From: an uncultured Chloroflexia bacterium
Lineage (GTDB): Bacteria; Chloroflexota; Limnocylindria; Limnocylindrales; CSP1-4
Reading direction: 5' to 3'
Assembly: GCA_963794525.1 (NCBI GenBank)
Contig: CAWCEC010000003.1
Location: forward strand, 188,090-252,089
DNA: 64,000 bases
Each line of letters opens with the position of its first letter. The first letter of the stretch is position 1. The position numbers and the translations under genes were made by a program. Below, one piece after another: positions 47,642 to 57,968 of the stretch. The notes beneath the pieces were generated by a model that was not told where the DNA came from, did no database searches, and saw only the letters and a list, made by a program, of their open reading frames with translations.

Positions 47642-49019
47642 ATGGATCAGCTCTTCGATCTCGTCGTCATCGGCGCCGGACCGGGTGGTGAGGCCGCCAC
47701 GCACAAGGCCCGCGAGCTTGGGAAGACCGTCGCGATCGTCGACAGGCGTTGGTTCGGCGGCAGCTGCCCGCACATCGGCTGCCTTCCGTCGAAGGCGTTG
47801 CTGCACTCGGCCGCCGCACACAAGGCCAACTCACCCCACTACGAGTGGCCGCGTGCATCGAAGCATCGCGATTTCATGATCAACAGGCCAGCCGATGCCG
47901 CCGAGCCCGACGACACGAGCCACGTCAAGTCGCTCGAGCAGGCCGGCGCCGTGGTCTACCGCGGTGATGCGCGGATCTCCGATCGCGGCCGAGTCACGGT
48001 GAGCCACGACGGGCAGCGCCACGAGCTGCGGGGCAAGAACGTCGTCATCGCGGTCGGCTCGGAGTCACGCAGGGTCAAGATGCCGGGCATCGAAGGGATC
48101 GACGTCTGGACCAACGAACAGGCGACGCTCACCCGGGAGCTGCCACGGAGCCTGTTGATCCTCGGCGGCGGCCCGACCGGCTGCGAGCTGGCGCAGGTCT
48201 ATGCGCGGTTCGGCGTCCCGGTCACGATCATGCAATCGGGTCCGCGGCTTGCACCGACTGATCACCCGCGCAACTCCGAGGTGATCAAGGCGACGCTCGA
48301 AGCGGATGGCGTGACCGTGCGGACCGGTATCCGGGCCGTGGCTGCCCGGGCCGGGGCGGGCACGGACGGTGCGCCACGTCATCGAGCTCGACGACGGCTC
48401 GACTGAGGAGGCCCACACGCTCATGGCGGCGGTCGGACGCGAGGTCCCGCTCGACGACATCGGCCTCGAGCACTACGGGCTCGACACGAGCGGGCGGACG
48501 CCGCCGTACCCGCGCGACGGACGCCTGTGCATCGCCGACGGGCTGTACGCGGTCGGTGATGCGGGCGGCCCGGAGCTCCACACGCACCAGGCCCATTACC
48601 AGGGAGAGCTGGCCGCGCGGATGGCGACGGGCGAGCAGATCACGCCCGACTACCGCGCGCTGCCGCGCGCCACCTACACCGACCCCGAGGCCGCGTTCGT
48701 CGGGATCTCGCTCGAGGCAGCGAAGGAGCAGGGACTCGATGCGTTCGAGCAGGTCGCGGACTTCGCGAAGAGCAGCCGCGGCTACGCGCTCGAAGCCAAG
48801 CTGGGGCACATCACGATCGTGGTCGATCGCGGCACGCGGGAGCTGATCGGCGCGGCTATCGCCTGCCCCGATGCCTCGGCGGCGATCCACGAGTGCGTGC
48901 TCGCCATCAAGGCGCACGTCACGGTGGACGTGCTGGCGGACACCATCCACGCGTTCCCGTCGACCTCGCGGATCTTCAATGGCCTGTTCGCCGACGCCCT
49001 CAAGGAGCTCGGCGCCTAA
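47642..49019 (+). CDS. FAD-dependent pyridine nucleotide-disulfide oxidoreductase (dihydrolipoamide dehydrogenase / mercuric reductase-like class I), one frameshift as given
   Basis: ORF 47642..48406 has VVIGAGPGGEAA, the redox disulfide GGSCPHIGCLPSK, and the NAD site LILGGGPTGCELAQ. ORF 48369..49019, in the next frame, carries the rest (YAVGDAGG, dimerisation domain ...IHAFPSTS). Confidence 0.8.
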
Positions 49020-50657
49020 ACCTCGAAGACGACCTTGCCGTCCATCAGGACCATCTGGGGCCGAGTCGTCGAGAGCGGGCCGCCCGGGGTGACCGGCTCG
49101 TCGATCGATGCCGCCGGGATGACGACGACGTCGGCGCGTTGGCCGACCGTCAGCCGGCCTCGATCGGTCTCCCGCGCCGAGACGGGGCCGTCGATGCATT
49201 GCGCGCGCAGCGCGCGATCGAGCGTCAGCGACTGTTCCGGCGCATACGCCGGCGTGCCCGACGGCCAGCGCGCGTCCTCGCGCCGGACCGCGAGCGCCAG
49301 CCCCGGCCACGGGTCGTACGGCTCGACCGGCGCGTCGGTGCCGAACGGCATCACGGCGCCCGTGTCCGCGATCGACTTCCAGGTGTAGCCCTCGGCCTCG
49401 GCGCGTTCGCCCCACAACTTCCATGCCTGCACCGCGTCCGAGCCGAGATGGACGGGCTGGACACTGGCCGCGATCCCGGCCGCCGCAAACCGCGGGCCGT
49501 CGTCGGGATGGAGCATCTGCACGTGCTCGATGCGGGGCATCAGCGGCGACGTGGCGGCGAAGGGGGTGAGGACGTCGAGGGCGGCGCGGATGGCCGCGTC
49601 GCCGATCGCGTGGATGGTCGTCGCGATCCCGCCCGACGCGGCACGTTCGACCCGCTCGCGCAGTGCGTCGGCGTCGGTCATCCACACGCCGCGGCGGAGC
49701 TCGGGCGGGAGCGGTCGATCCGGTTCGGGCTCGATGTCCTCGAGCAGCGCCGCGGTCCGCGACCCGAGCGATCCGTCGGCGAAGCACTTCTGCCAGCCGA
49801 CCATCGCGCGACCGTCGGGGTTCGAACCAAGCCGGTGCCCGCTGCGAAATCCCTGTTCGATGGCGGAGGCGACGGCGTCGTCGCGCATGCACGCGTGAAC
49901 GCGGACGGGCAACCGGCCGGCATCGGACAGCCGGGCGTAGGCCGGGAAGGAGTACGACAGCTCAGGATCCGGTGCCACGCCGCCCGGGTCGTGACAGGCG
50001 ACGACGCCGAGCGACACGAGATCCTTGCCGACCTCGATGATCGCGGATTCGAGCTCCTGGGCCGAGGGCGGCGGCACGTGGATGGTGATCAGCCGGGTCG
50101 CCGCCTCGTACAGCACACCTTCCGGCGTTCGATCGTCCGCGCGCCGGATGACGCCACCGGGCGGGTCGCCGGCCGGCAGGTCGGCCGCCCGGATCGCGGC
50201 GTGGCTTGCCCACAGCGCGTGGTGGTCGTGGGCCCACAGCACGGCCTTGCGACCGGGCGCGACCGACTCGAGGGCATCGGCCGTCGGCCAGCCACCCCAT
50301 CGGTCCGAATCCCAGCCGTGGCCCTCCAGCCAGGCGTCGGCGGGCAGTCGAGCATGGGCCTCCCGCAGCCGGGCAAGACCTTCGTCGAGCGTCGTAGCGT
50401 CGCCGAGGTCGACGTGCCGCGACGCCAGCGCGGCCTGGGCAAGGTGCAGGTGCGCGTCGGTCAGCCCGGGGAATGCCACCTGGTCGGGCTCCAGGCGGAT
50501 CCGCTCGGTGAATGGGTCGGCCCGCGTCTCCAGGAATACCTCCGAACCCGCGAAGGCGACCCGGCCGTCGCGGATCCCGATGGCCTCGACCCAGCCGAAG
50601 CCCGTAATCGCCCTCCAGCGTCGCGATGCGGCCGGTGATGAGCATGTCGAGCGGCAT
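49016..50657 (-). CDS. amidohydrolase family 3 protein (YtcJ-like metal-dependent hydrolase), one frameshift as given
   Basis: The N-terminus MPLDMLITGRIATLEGDYG is in the frame of ORF 49962..50657. My own translation after a one-base shift near 50600 gives GWVEAIGIRDGRVAFAGSEVFLETRADPFTERIRLEPDQVAFPGLTDAHLHL, which joins ORF 49016..50479. Confidence 0.8.
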
Positions 50658-50663
50658 GGCCGG

Positions 50664-51651
50664 TCAGCCTACCGGGTCGGCCAGCAACGAGGCGATCTCG
50701 TCGCGCCCCAGGCCCGCCCCCAGAGCGAGTGCCAGCGCCACGCGTGCCTTGATCGCGCACAGCGCGCCGGCGGGGATCGCACCGGCACGCACCCAGGTGG
50801 CACCGCCGCCCGGGAACGCGTAGGCCGTCGAGACGGCGCCGGCCGGGCACCGGGATGCGAGGACGACCGTGACGCCACTGGCCATCGCCCGTTCCGCGGC
50901 GGCGAGCAGCCCGGCGGTGGTATTCCCGGCACCGGTCGCCGCGACCACGACCCCGGCGACACCGGTGGCGACCGCCGCATCGAGCATCGCCCCGTCCGAG
51001 CCGATGCCCGCCTGCACGAGCTCCACGCGCGCGCCATCTGCCGGGACTTCGCGCAGCGATCGCCGCGGCCCACGCGGTCGCCTCAGCACGACGCCGTCGT
51101 CCGCCACTCGCCCGAGGGAGCCGCGGTTCGGCGACTGGAACGTCGTCGAAGTCGCGTGTATGCATCTTGGTGACGTCGTCGGCGGCCTCGAGCGTGCCGC
51201 CCAGGCTGACCACCACACCGGCGTCGCGCAGCACCGGTGACGCGGCTGCCGCCACGGCCCGGCGCACGTTGGCTGGCCCGTCGTAGTCGTCCTCATGCGA
51301 CGCACGCATCGCTCCGGTGACGACCACCGGCTTCAGGGACCGAACGACCAGATCCCAGGCGAACGCCGTCTCCTCGATGGTGTCCGTGCCCTGGACGACG
51401 ACGACGCCGTCGATCGCCGCATCGTCGAGCGCAGCCTGGATCACGCTGCCCAGCTGCAGCAGGTCGGCCCAGCTGAAGTGACTGGCCGGCGTCAGGCCAC
51501 GATCGATCGGGACGACCTCGGCGATCGACTCGAGCCCGGGCGTCCGAGCGAGGATCGCCGCCCCATCAAGCGTCGGGACGTTACCGCCCGCGACGGGGTC
51601 GAAGCCCATGCTGATCGTGCCCCCGGTGAAGACGACTGCCACCTTCGGCAT
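50664..51651 (-). CDS. L-asparaginase (type I/plant-type-unrelated bacterial asparaginase family), one frameshift as given
   Basis: The N-terminal half is in ORF 50461..51651 (VVFTGGTISM, VQGTDTIEETA, VVTGAMR). The C-terminal half is in ORF 50664..51305 (FQSPNRGSLGRVADDGV...VVAATGAGN...VVLASRC...). The break is near 51140. Confidence 0.8.
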
Positions 51652-53179
51652 CGGTCAGTCCCGGTCGGCGGGGTCGGACGGGCCCGGGGATCCCGGCGGG
51701 ATCCGTCGAGCGCGGCGGCAGCAGGCTGCTGGGTGCGCCGCGTTCGGCGCGCCACATCGGTCGATCGGCGCCCAGCGCAGCGGCGATCGGGTCCTCCACA
51801 TGCGGGTCCGCGGTGGCACCGGCGATCCCGAGGTTCGGGTCCCGCAGGAAGACGCTCGCGACGCCGGTGGCGAGCACGCCGATCGCCACGATCAGCATCA
51901 CGGTGGCGGTCCCGATGAGGTCCGAGATCGGCCCGACGATGATGATCGGCACGAAGCTCGAGACCGACACCAGCATGAACAGGACACCGAAGACGCGGCC
52001 TCGCACGTCCTCGGGCAGGTCCTCCTGGAGCTGGGTCTGGGCGGGGATCGCCACCGCCGAGTACGCGATCCCGGCGACGAACGCGATGAACACGACGATC
52101 GCCAGCAGTGAGGTGATCGCCGACAGATCGAGCAGGCTGCCGGCCTCGTCGACCCGCTGGAGGAACTGGCTGATCGGCCCGGCGATGGACAGCAGCGCCA
52201 GCATCACGCCGAGGACGATCAAGCCGCCCTCGATGACCCGGCGACGCGGCAGGAACTGGCCGTAGGAGTTGAGGAGCAGGATGCCCATCACGATCCCGGC
52301 GCCGAGCGGCAGCACGATGATCGAGGTGTCCTTCGGCTGGAGCCCGAGCGCGGTCTGGGCGAAGTCCGGACCAAGCACGCCGAGCACGCCCACCAGCGAC
52401 GCCGTGATGCCGAGATACAGCAGCGACCAGCCGATCGAGCGGTGGCCCCGGATGAACGAGAAGCCCTCGCGCAGCTGGGCGACCGTCGATGCGAAGGCAT
52501 GCTGCGTCTCCAGCACGGCGCCGTCCCCGTTGGTCAGCCGTGCCGGCGGCGGCGACGGCGGGAGGGTCCAGCAGAAGACCGCCGCCAGGAAATACAGCGC
52601 GGCCACGACCAGGATCACGGCCTGCGGCCCGGCGATGTTGATCACCAGCGGCCCGAGCAGCGCGAAGCCCAGCGCGAACGCCGCGTTGAGCGTGAGCGTG
52701 AACACGCCGTTCGCCGCAAGGAGCTGATTGCGCGGCACGACCTCCGGGATCATCGCCGCCTCGGCGGGCGCGAAGAAGACCGTGACCGTCGAGACGAACA
52801 GGTTGAGCAGCAGGAGCAGCAGCAGGTGATCGCCGACCAGGAACAGACCGATGATCGCCAGCCCACGCAGCACGTTGGTCGCTATCAGGACCAGACGCCG
52901 GTCCACCCGGTCGACGTAGACGCCGGCCACCGCCGACACCAGCACGGCCGGTGCGAGGAACGACAGGATCAGCAGGCTGACCGCGGTGTTCGAGTTGTTC
53001 TCGGACACGACGACCGTCAACCCGAACAGCACCATGTTGCCGCCGATCTGGGTCGCCGCCTGCGACAACCAGAGTCGGAGGAACGATGGGTTGCGGAAGA
53101 CCGTCAGCGCCCCTTCGCTGGTCGGCGTGCCGTTCGCGGCGGTGATCCCCTCGGCCCCGATGGGCCCGGGTTCGGTCAC
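51581..53179 (-). CDS. MFS transporter
   Basis: 532 aa with about 12 TM helices (FRNPSFLRLWLSQAATQIGGNM..., DRVDRR loop). The GTG start forms a GTGA overlap with the DUF951 stop. The 3-prime tail overlaps the asparaginase start by 71 nt, so the true stop may be TGA at about 51658 in another frame. Confidence 0.8.
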   Translation of the reverse strand: MTEPGPIGAEGITAANGTPTSEGALTVFRNPSFLRLWLSQAATQIGGNMVLFGLTVVVSENNSNTAVSLLILSFLAPAVLVSAVAGVYVDRVDRRLVLIATNVLRGLAIIGLFLVGDHLLLLLLLNLFVSTVTVFFAPAEAAMIPEVVPRNQLLAANGVFTLTLNAAFALGFALLGPLVINIAGPQAVILVVAALYFLAAVFCWTLPPSPPPARLTNGDGAVLETQHAFASTVAQLREGFSFIRGHRSIGWSLLYLGITASLVGVLGVLGPDFAQTALGLQPKDTSIIVLPLGAGIVMGILLLNSYGQFLPRRRVIEGGLIVLGVMLALLSIAGPISQFLQRVDEAGSLLDLSAITSLLAIVVFIAFVAGIAYSAVAIPAQTQLQEDLPEDVRGRVFGVLFMLVSVSSFVPIIIVGPISDLIGTATVMLIVAIGVLATGVASVFLRDPNLGIAGATADPHVEDPIAAALGADRPMWRAERGAPSSLLPPRSTDPAGIPGPVRPRRPGLTDAEGGSRLHRGHDQHGLRPRRGR

Positions 53180-53448
53180 GACGGCCGGTCTGGCGCGATC
53201 CGCTCCCGCCCCGGATCGTCACCCACGACCGCGGCCGTGATCGTGGGGTCGCCGCGCTCGACGAAGCCGGCGAGGCGGCGCTCGAGCACGGCGCGCTCGA
53301 TCAGGACGTGCCGATCGCACGTCCGACAGCGCAAGCCGATGTCCGCGCCCAGCCGGTCGACCAGCCAGGTGTCGCCACCACACGGGTGGCGTCGGCGGAG
53401 TCGGACGACATCCCCGAGCAGCAGATCCAGGATCGGTCGGTCCGGCAC
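53176..53448 (-). CDS. DUF951 family protein
   Basis: LGDVVRLRRRHPCGGDTWLVDRLGADIGLRCRTCDRHVLIERAVLERRL matches the DUF951 HPCG...C..C core. The start is uncertain: GTG 53448 was chosen, and the ORF is open to 53517. Confidence 0.7.
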   Translation of the reverse strand: MPDRPILDLLLGDVVRLRRRHPCGGDTWLVDRLGADIGLRCRTCDRHVLIERAVLERRLAGFVERGDPTITAAVVGDDPGRERIAPDRPS

Positions 53449-53461
53449 GGCGGGCAGGGTA

Positions 53462-54136
53462 TCAGAGGCGCGGACGACCATGACTCGGGACGAGTCGGCG
53501 ATCCGTGGCGGGTACACCGATCTGGTCGAGCGGCGTCACGTCGACCAGCACGTCCGGCTGGGTCGCCGATAACTGGGCGATGATGCCGCCCGGGCGGGTG
53601 AGCGATCCCGTCAGCTTGTCCGGCGCGCCGATCGCGCTGAGCGTGAACGGATCGCCCAGCGGACGCCCGCCGATCGCGATCGCGCCCGGGGCACCTACGG
53701 CGACCACGCCCGGCACCAGCCGGACCGAATCGATGGCCATCGCCTCCGCGCCGGCGTTGCGCAGCTCGTTGACCAGGTCCTCGATGCCGGATCCGTCGAT
53801 CGGCCCGCGCACGACGATCGAGACGCCTGGGCCGACGGCCGGATCGATGCCGGCGTACAGCCGGACCCGTCGCAGATCGGCGCGCAGCTCATCGACCGAC
53901 ATGTCGCCGCGCTCGGTGTTCTGCTCGAGGACTTCGAGCTCGCGCTCGAGCGTCGCGACCTCCGCACGGAGCTGGTCGTTGCGGTCGTCGAGATTGGCTA
54001 CGAGGATCGTCAGATCCTGGGATGACAGACCGGCGAACGCCGTGCTTCTCGCCTGCGTGAACAGCTGGACGACGACGAGCAGTCCGAGCAGGAACGTGAC
54101 CGCAGCGATGGTGAGCTGGTTTCGTCGTCGGCGCAT
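53462..54136 (-). CDS. DUF881 domain-containing membrane protein
   Basis: It has an N-terminal TM segment (LTIAAVTFLLGLLVVVQL), then a coiled-coil, then the DUF881 core (GPGVSIVVRG...IEDLVNELRNAGAEAMAI...). Confidence 0.8.
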   Translation of the reverse strand: MRRRRNQLTIAAVTFLLGLLVVVQLFTQARSTAFAGLSSQDLTILVANLDDRNDQLRAEVATLERELEVLEQNTERGDMSVDELRADLRRVRLYAGIDPAVGPGVSIVVRGPIDGSGIEDLVNELRNAGAEAMAIDSVRLVPGVVAVGAPGAIAIGGRPLGDPFTLSAIGAPDKLTGSLTRPGGIIAQLSATQPDVLVDVTPLDQIGVPATDRRLVPSHGRPRL

Positions 54137-54140
54137 CGCG

Positions 54141-54881
54141 TCAGCTCGCGGGTTCCGGTCGCGCGTAGCGCAGCGTCACGGTCCCGGCGAACGCCGGCAT
54201 GTCGACCGCCTCAGGCTCGGCGATCGAGACGCGGATGCCGAAGCCCTGTGCGCGCGTCCGCAGGAGGTCGACGAAACTCGGCGACGCGCTCAGCCGCGGG
54301 TAGAGATCCTCGGGACCGAGCGCGGTCACCTGGTACGGACCCACGAGATACGCCGCGTTGACCAGGATCGACGGCCCGACATCGATGATCGCGGTCGTCG
54401 GCGTGATGCGCTCGCCGTTGACCGCGATCGCCTCGGCGCCCGCTGCCCACAGCTCCTCGACGATCGCGCGCAGATCGCGTGCTCCGACCAGGTAATCGGC
54501 TTCGTTGACGCCGGGGGCCGGCGGGTCCGCCGAGTCCTCGAGCTGGAGCACCAAGCCGGTCCCGGTCAGCGGGATCAGCCCTGCGGCGATGCGCGCGTCC
54601 TGGAGGTCATCGTTCAGCTCGCGGACCAGTGCAGCGGAGCCTTCGTCCGCCTGCTCCGTGGCCTGGATCTGGCCACGCAGCTCGAGGATGCGCGCCTTGA
54701 GCTCTTCCTGACGCTTCTGGAGCTGCGTGGCGGTCTCGACGAGCGGTGACCGCTCCTGGGTGGTGTAGCGGACGCGCGGACCTTCAGCTGCGAGCTGGGC
54801 AGCGATCAGGAAGCCGAGCCCGAGCAGGGCCAGACCGAGGGTTACCTGCCAGCTCGGGATCGAGCGCAGCCGCCCGATCAC
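54141..54881 (-). CDS. DUF881 domain-containing membrane protein
   Basis: The GTG start at 54881 forms a GTGA overlap with the upstream stop. It has a TM segment (VTLGLALLGLGFLIAAQL), a coiled-coil, and GTGLVLQLED...LRAIVEELWAAGAEAIAVNGERI. Confidence 0.8.
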   Translation of the reverse strand: MIGRLRSIPSWQVTLGLALLGLGFLIAAQLAAEGPRVRYTTQERSPLVETATQLQKRQEELKARILELRGQIQATEQADEGSAALVRELNDDLQDARIAAGLIPLTGTGLVLQLEDSADPPAPGVNEADYLVGARDLRAIVEELWAAGAEAIAVNGERITPTTAIIDVGPSILVNAAYLVGPYQVTALGPEDLYPRLSASPSFVDLLRTRAQGFGIRVSIAEPEAVDMPAFAGTVTLRYARPEPAS

Positions 54882-56230
54882 GCCGATCGTCCGCGAGCGC
54901 GGGTCCAGATCAGCAACACGACGCCACCGCCGACGATGATCGCCAACAGCCACAACCCGATCGGACCGAGCGAGACGCCGCCCAGCGGCTCGGTCCGGCT
55001 GGCGATGGGCGGCTCCGCCGAGGCACGGGGGCGTGGCGTCGCCATGCTGCCCGGCATCGGCGAGGCGGCATCCCAGCCGTCCGGCACCGGGCCCGCGGGC
55101 GGTGGCTGCGGGCCGTATTTCACCGGCGGCTTCGCGCCGAGGTCCGCCAGCCACGCGTCGTTGAACGCGTCGACGTCCATGTCGATCGCGGCCTCGAACG
55201 CCTCGTCGTCGGTCCGACCCTCTGCGTAGGAGCGAACGAGCGAGATCATCGTGTCTTCGCCGTGGGTGCGGATCAGGAAGTCGACCGCGCTCGCGCTCTC
55301 CGAATAGGCCAGCCCGAACCGCGACGCGGACGTCGGGAATTGGCCGACCAGGCCGTCGAGCGGGATGAGCTCGCCCGCCCGCGCCGCGGCCTCGACCGCC
55401 GCGCGATCGCTCGCCTCGTAGCCGACGCTCAGGTAGACCGCGAGTCCCTCATTCAGCCACCGCGGCGGGAAGTGGTAGGGATTCTCGACGGCCGTGTCGA
55501 ACACGAGATGGATGAGCTCGTGGGGGACGACGTTCTCGACCCAAGGGTCGTCGATCGAACCTGGCGAGATATGGGCGAACAAGGTTCGGATATCAGTGTT
55601 CGCCTGGCCGCCGACGTTCTCGCGAGTGCCCGGGCCGAGCGCGTCGTAGAACGCGTCGTTGTCGGCGTAGATGAAGAAGTCGACTGGATCCTCCTCCGTC
55701 ACGCCGAACGTGCGCGCGGTCTCCTCCACCGCCCGCTCACCGATGGCCAGCGCCCGCTCGCCGAACGCGCGACCGCCCTCATACCAGTGCACTCGCACGA
55801 CATCGCCGCTCAGAACCTGCCAATCGAACCGCTCGTCGTCGATCACGGTCCGGGCCACCGGGCCGAGCGTGGTCTCGCCATCGGCCGTGATCCGCCAGCG
55901 CACGCTGACCGGCGTGTTGGGCAGGATGTGTCCATCGACGCCGCCGAGCGTCCAGCGCAGTGTCGTCTCGCCGGCGCCGGGCGACTCCGCCTCGGCGACG
56001 AGTGGCGGCCCATCCGCGGTCGTGACGAGCACTTCGACGAGATCCGGTGCGGTTTCGAATGTCACCGGCTGTGTCGCGATGACGTCGGCGCCGAACGAGC
56101 CGTCGATCCTCGGCCGGCCGAATTCCGGGGAGGCGGCGTTGACGGCGCTCGTCGCCGGCCAGATCGCGGCGATCACCAGCGCGATGGCGGCGACGACCCG
56201 CGCCGCTCGCCGCCGGGCCGTCGCGGACAT
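54878..56230 (-). CDS. peptidase MA-like zinc metallopeptidase with C-terminal membrane anchor
   Basis: Start at ATG 56230 (MSATARRRAARVVAAIALVIAAIW signal). It has the HExxH motif VVPHELIHLVF and the downstream motif NEGLAVY. A Pro-rich linker precedes the C-terminal TM helix. Confidence 0.75.
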   Translation of the reverse strand: MSATARRRAARVVAAIALVIAAIWPATSAVNAASPEFGRPRIDGSFGADVIATQPVTFETAPDLVEVLVTTADGPPLVAEAESPGAGETTLRWTLGGVDGHILPNTPVSVRWRITADGETTLGPVARTVIDDERFDWQVLSGDVVRVHWYEGGRAFGERALAIGERAVEETARTFGVTEEDPVDFFIYADNDAFYDALGPGTRENVGGQANTDIRTLFAHISPGSIDDPWVENVVPHELIHLVFDTAVENPYHFPPRWLNEGLAVYLSVGYEASDRAAVEAAARAGELIPLDGLVGQFPTSASRFGLAYSESASAVDFLIRTHGEDTMISLVRSYAEGRTDDEAFEAAIDMDVDAFNDAWLADLGAKPPVKYGPQPPPAGPVPDGWDAASPMPGSMATPRPRASAEPPIASRTEPLGGVSLGPIGLWLLAIIVGGGVVLLIWTRARGRSA

Positions 56231-57786
56231 CACGGGCCGGCCCATGCCAGCCCGGCGAAGCGCAGCGAGCCCAGGCCGTTCTGGCCGGCACCCAGGAACC
56301 CGTCGCGCGACAGGGCCCAGCTCGTGCTGTAGCTCATCGGGACGACCGGCACTTCGCGCTGGACGACATCCTCGGCCCGGTCGTATGCCGCTCTGACCGC
56401 GGCGGGGTCGGTGGCGGCAGCGGCATCGGCGATGGCGGCGTCGAACTCCTGCGAGCTCCAGCGTCCGTAGTTGTTGGTCGACCCGGTGCCGAGCAGCACA
56501 CCAAGGAAATCGTTTCGGCCGGGGTAGTCGGCGATCCACGACAGCGACCACATCGCCGGCGCGTCGGTGTCGAGCCGGTCGAAGTAGTCGATGAAGTCCA
56601 TGTTCTCGGCGTTGACCGTGATGCCCAGCTCCTGCTCCAACTCGGCAACCACCGCCTCGTCGTAGGCGCTGCCACCGGTCACGAGCGTCACGTCCGGGAA
56701 CCCCGCACCACCCGGGTAGCCGGCCTCGGCCAGCAGCGCGCGACCGGCCGCGGGGTCGTGCTTCGGGAGCACGTCCCGCTCGCTCCGTCCCGGGATCCCG
56801 GGCGGGACCATCGAGTTCGCGACGGCCGCCGGGTCGTCGACCGCCAGTCGCGCGATCCGTCGCCAGTCGACCGCCGCGCCGAACGCCTGGCGGATGCGGA
56901 CGTCGTCGAACGGCGCGACCGTCGTGTCGAACCCGTAGAAGTCGGTCGCCATCGCCGGGACGCTGCGCAGCTGAGGACCGAGGTCCTCGTCGTACGCGAT
57001 CCAGCTGGCGTCGAAACCGGAGACCGACGTGTAATCGAGCTCGCCATGCTCGAAGCGTTCCACGGGGCTTGCGCCGCCGAGATCAGTCAGGACCGTGACG
57101 GTGCCGAGCGCCGGCTTGCCGGCCCAGTAGTGCGGGTTCGCTTCGAGCGTCATCTCGCTTGCGCTCTCCGCGGCCAGGCGGTAGCCGCCGCTGGCCACGA
57201 ATCCGTCGCCGGCCCGCAACGCGGCCGGGTCATCGATGCCCGGCGGGACGATGCCGAACGTCGACCCGGCCACGATCAACGGGAACTCCGATGATGGCCG
57301 GACGAGGTCGACGATGACGTCGCCGGCCGCGTCGTCGGCCCTGAGGCCAACGTCCTCGGCAGTCCCCTCCCCCGCCAGGTACGCGGTGGCGCCACGGACG
57401 TCGTGCAGGAGCGTGCTGAGGGGCGATGGTTCGTCGGGGTCGATGACCCGGAGCCAGCTGCGGACGACGTCGCCGGCACGCAACGGGGAGCCGTCACTGA
57501 ACCGCAGATCGGGGCGCAGACGGAACACGATCCGCTGCCCATCCTCCTCCACGCGCCAGGACTCGGCCAGCGCGGGTCGGAGCTGGAGCGACTCATCGAT
57601 GGCCGTGAGCGTCTCGAAGAACTGGGCGATCACCGCCGAGCTCTGCGCGTCACCGCTGGCCGCCGGATCCAGCACGGTCGGGGGGCTGATGGCGATCCGC
57701 GCGGTGCCGCTGGCAGCGCCGGTGGACGAGCCCCCACAGGCGCCGGCGATCAGGACAACGACAAAGAAGACCATCCCGCGGCGCAT
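56230..57786 (-). CDS. ABC transporter substrate-binding lipoprotein, family 5 (peptide/nickel type)
   Basis: The signal peptide MRRGMVFFVVVLIAGACGG carries a lipobox. The family-5 SBP architecture is present. No cognate permease or ATPase gene is adjacent. Confidence 0.8.
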   Translation of the reverse strand: MRRGMVFFVVVLIAGACGGSSTGAASGTARIAISPPTVLDPAASGDAQSSAVIAQFFETLTAIDESLQLRPALAESWRVEEDGQRIVFRLRPDLRFSDGSPLRAGDVVRSWLRVIDPDEPSPLSTLLHDVRGATAYLAGEGTAEDVGLRADDAAGDVIVDLVRPSSEFPLIVAGSTFGIVPPGIDDPAALRAGDGFVASGGYRLAAESASEMTLEANPHYWAGKPALGTVTVLTDLGGASPVERFEHGELDYTSVSGFDASWIAYDEDLGPQLRSVPAMATDFYGFDTTVAPFDDVRIRQAFGAAVDWRRIARLAVDDPAAVANSMVPPGIPGRSERDVLPKHDPAAGRALLAEAGYPGGAGFPDVTLVTGGSAYDEAVVAELEQELGITVNAENMDFIDYFDRLDTDAPAMWSLSWIADYPGRNDFLGVLLGTGSTNNYGRWSSQEFDAAIADAAAATDPAAVRAAYDRAEDVVQREVPVVPMSYSTSWALSRDGFLGAGQNGLGSLRFAGLAWAGP

Positions 57787-57968
57787 CGGCCGGAGTATAC
57801 GGGCGGTCCCCGTTCAGCCCCTGGCGGGCTTCCGACCGTCGCGACGTACCCCGGGACGCGATGAGGCCTCGCAGGACTACACCGCCGGGGGAACGATGTC
57901 GGAACCGCGAGGCCTCTGATGGCATAACGAGGATCGGTCACGGACGTTAGGGCCTCTACGATGTCCGC

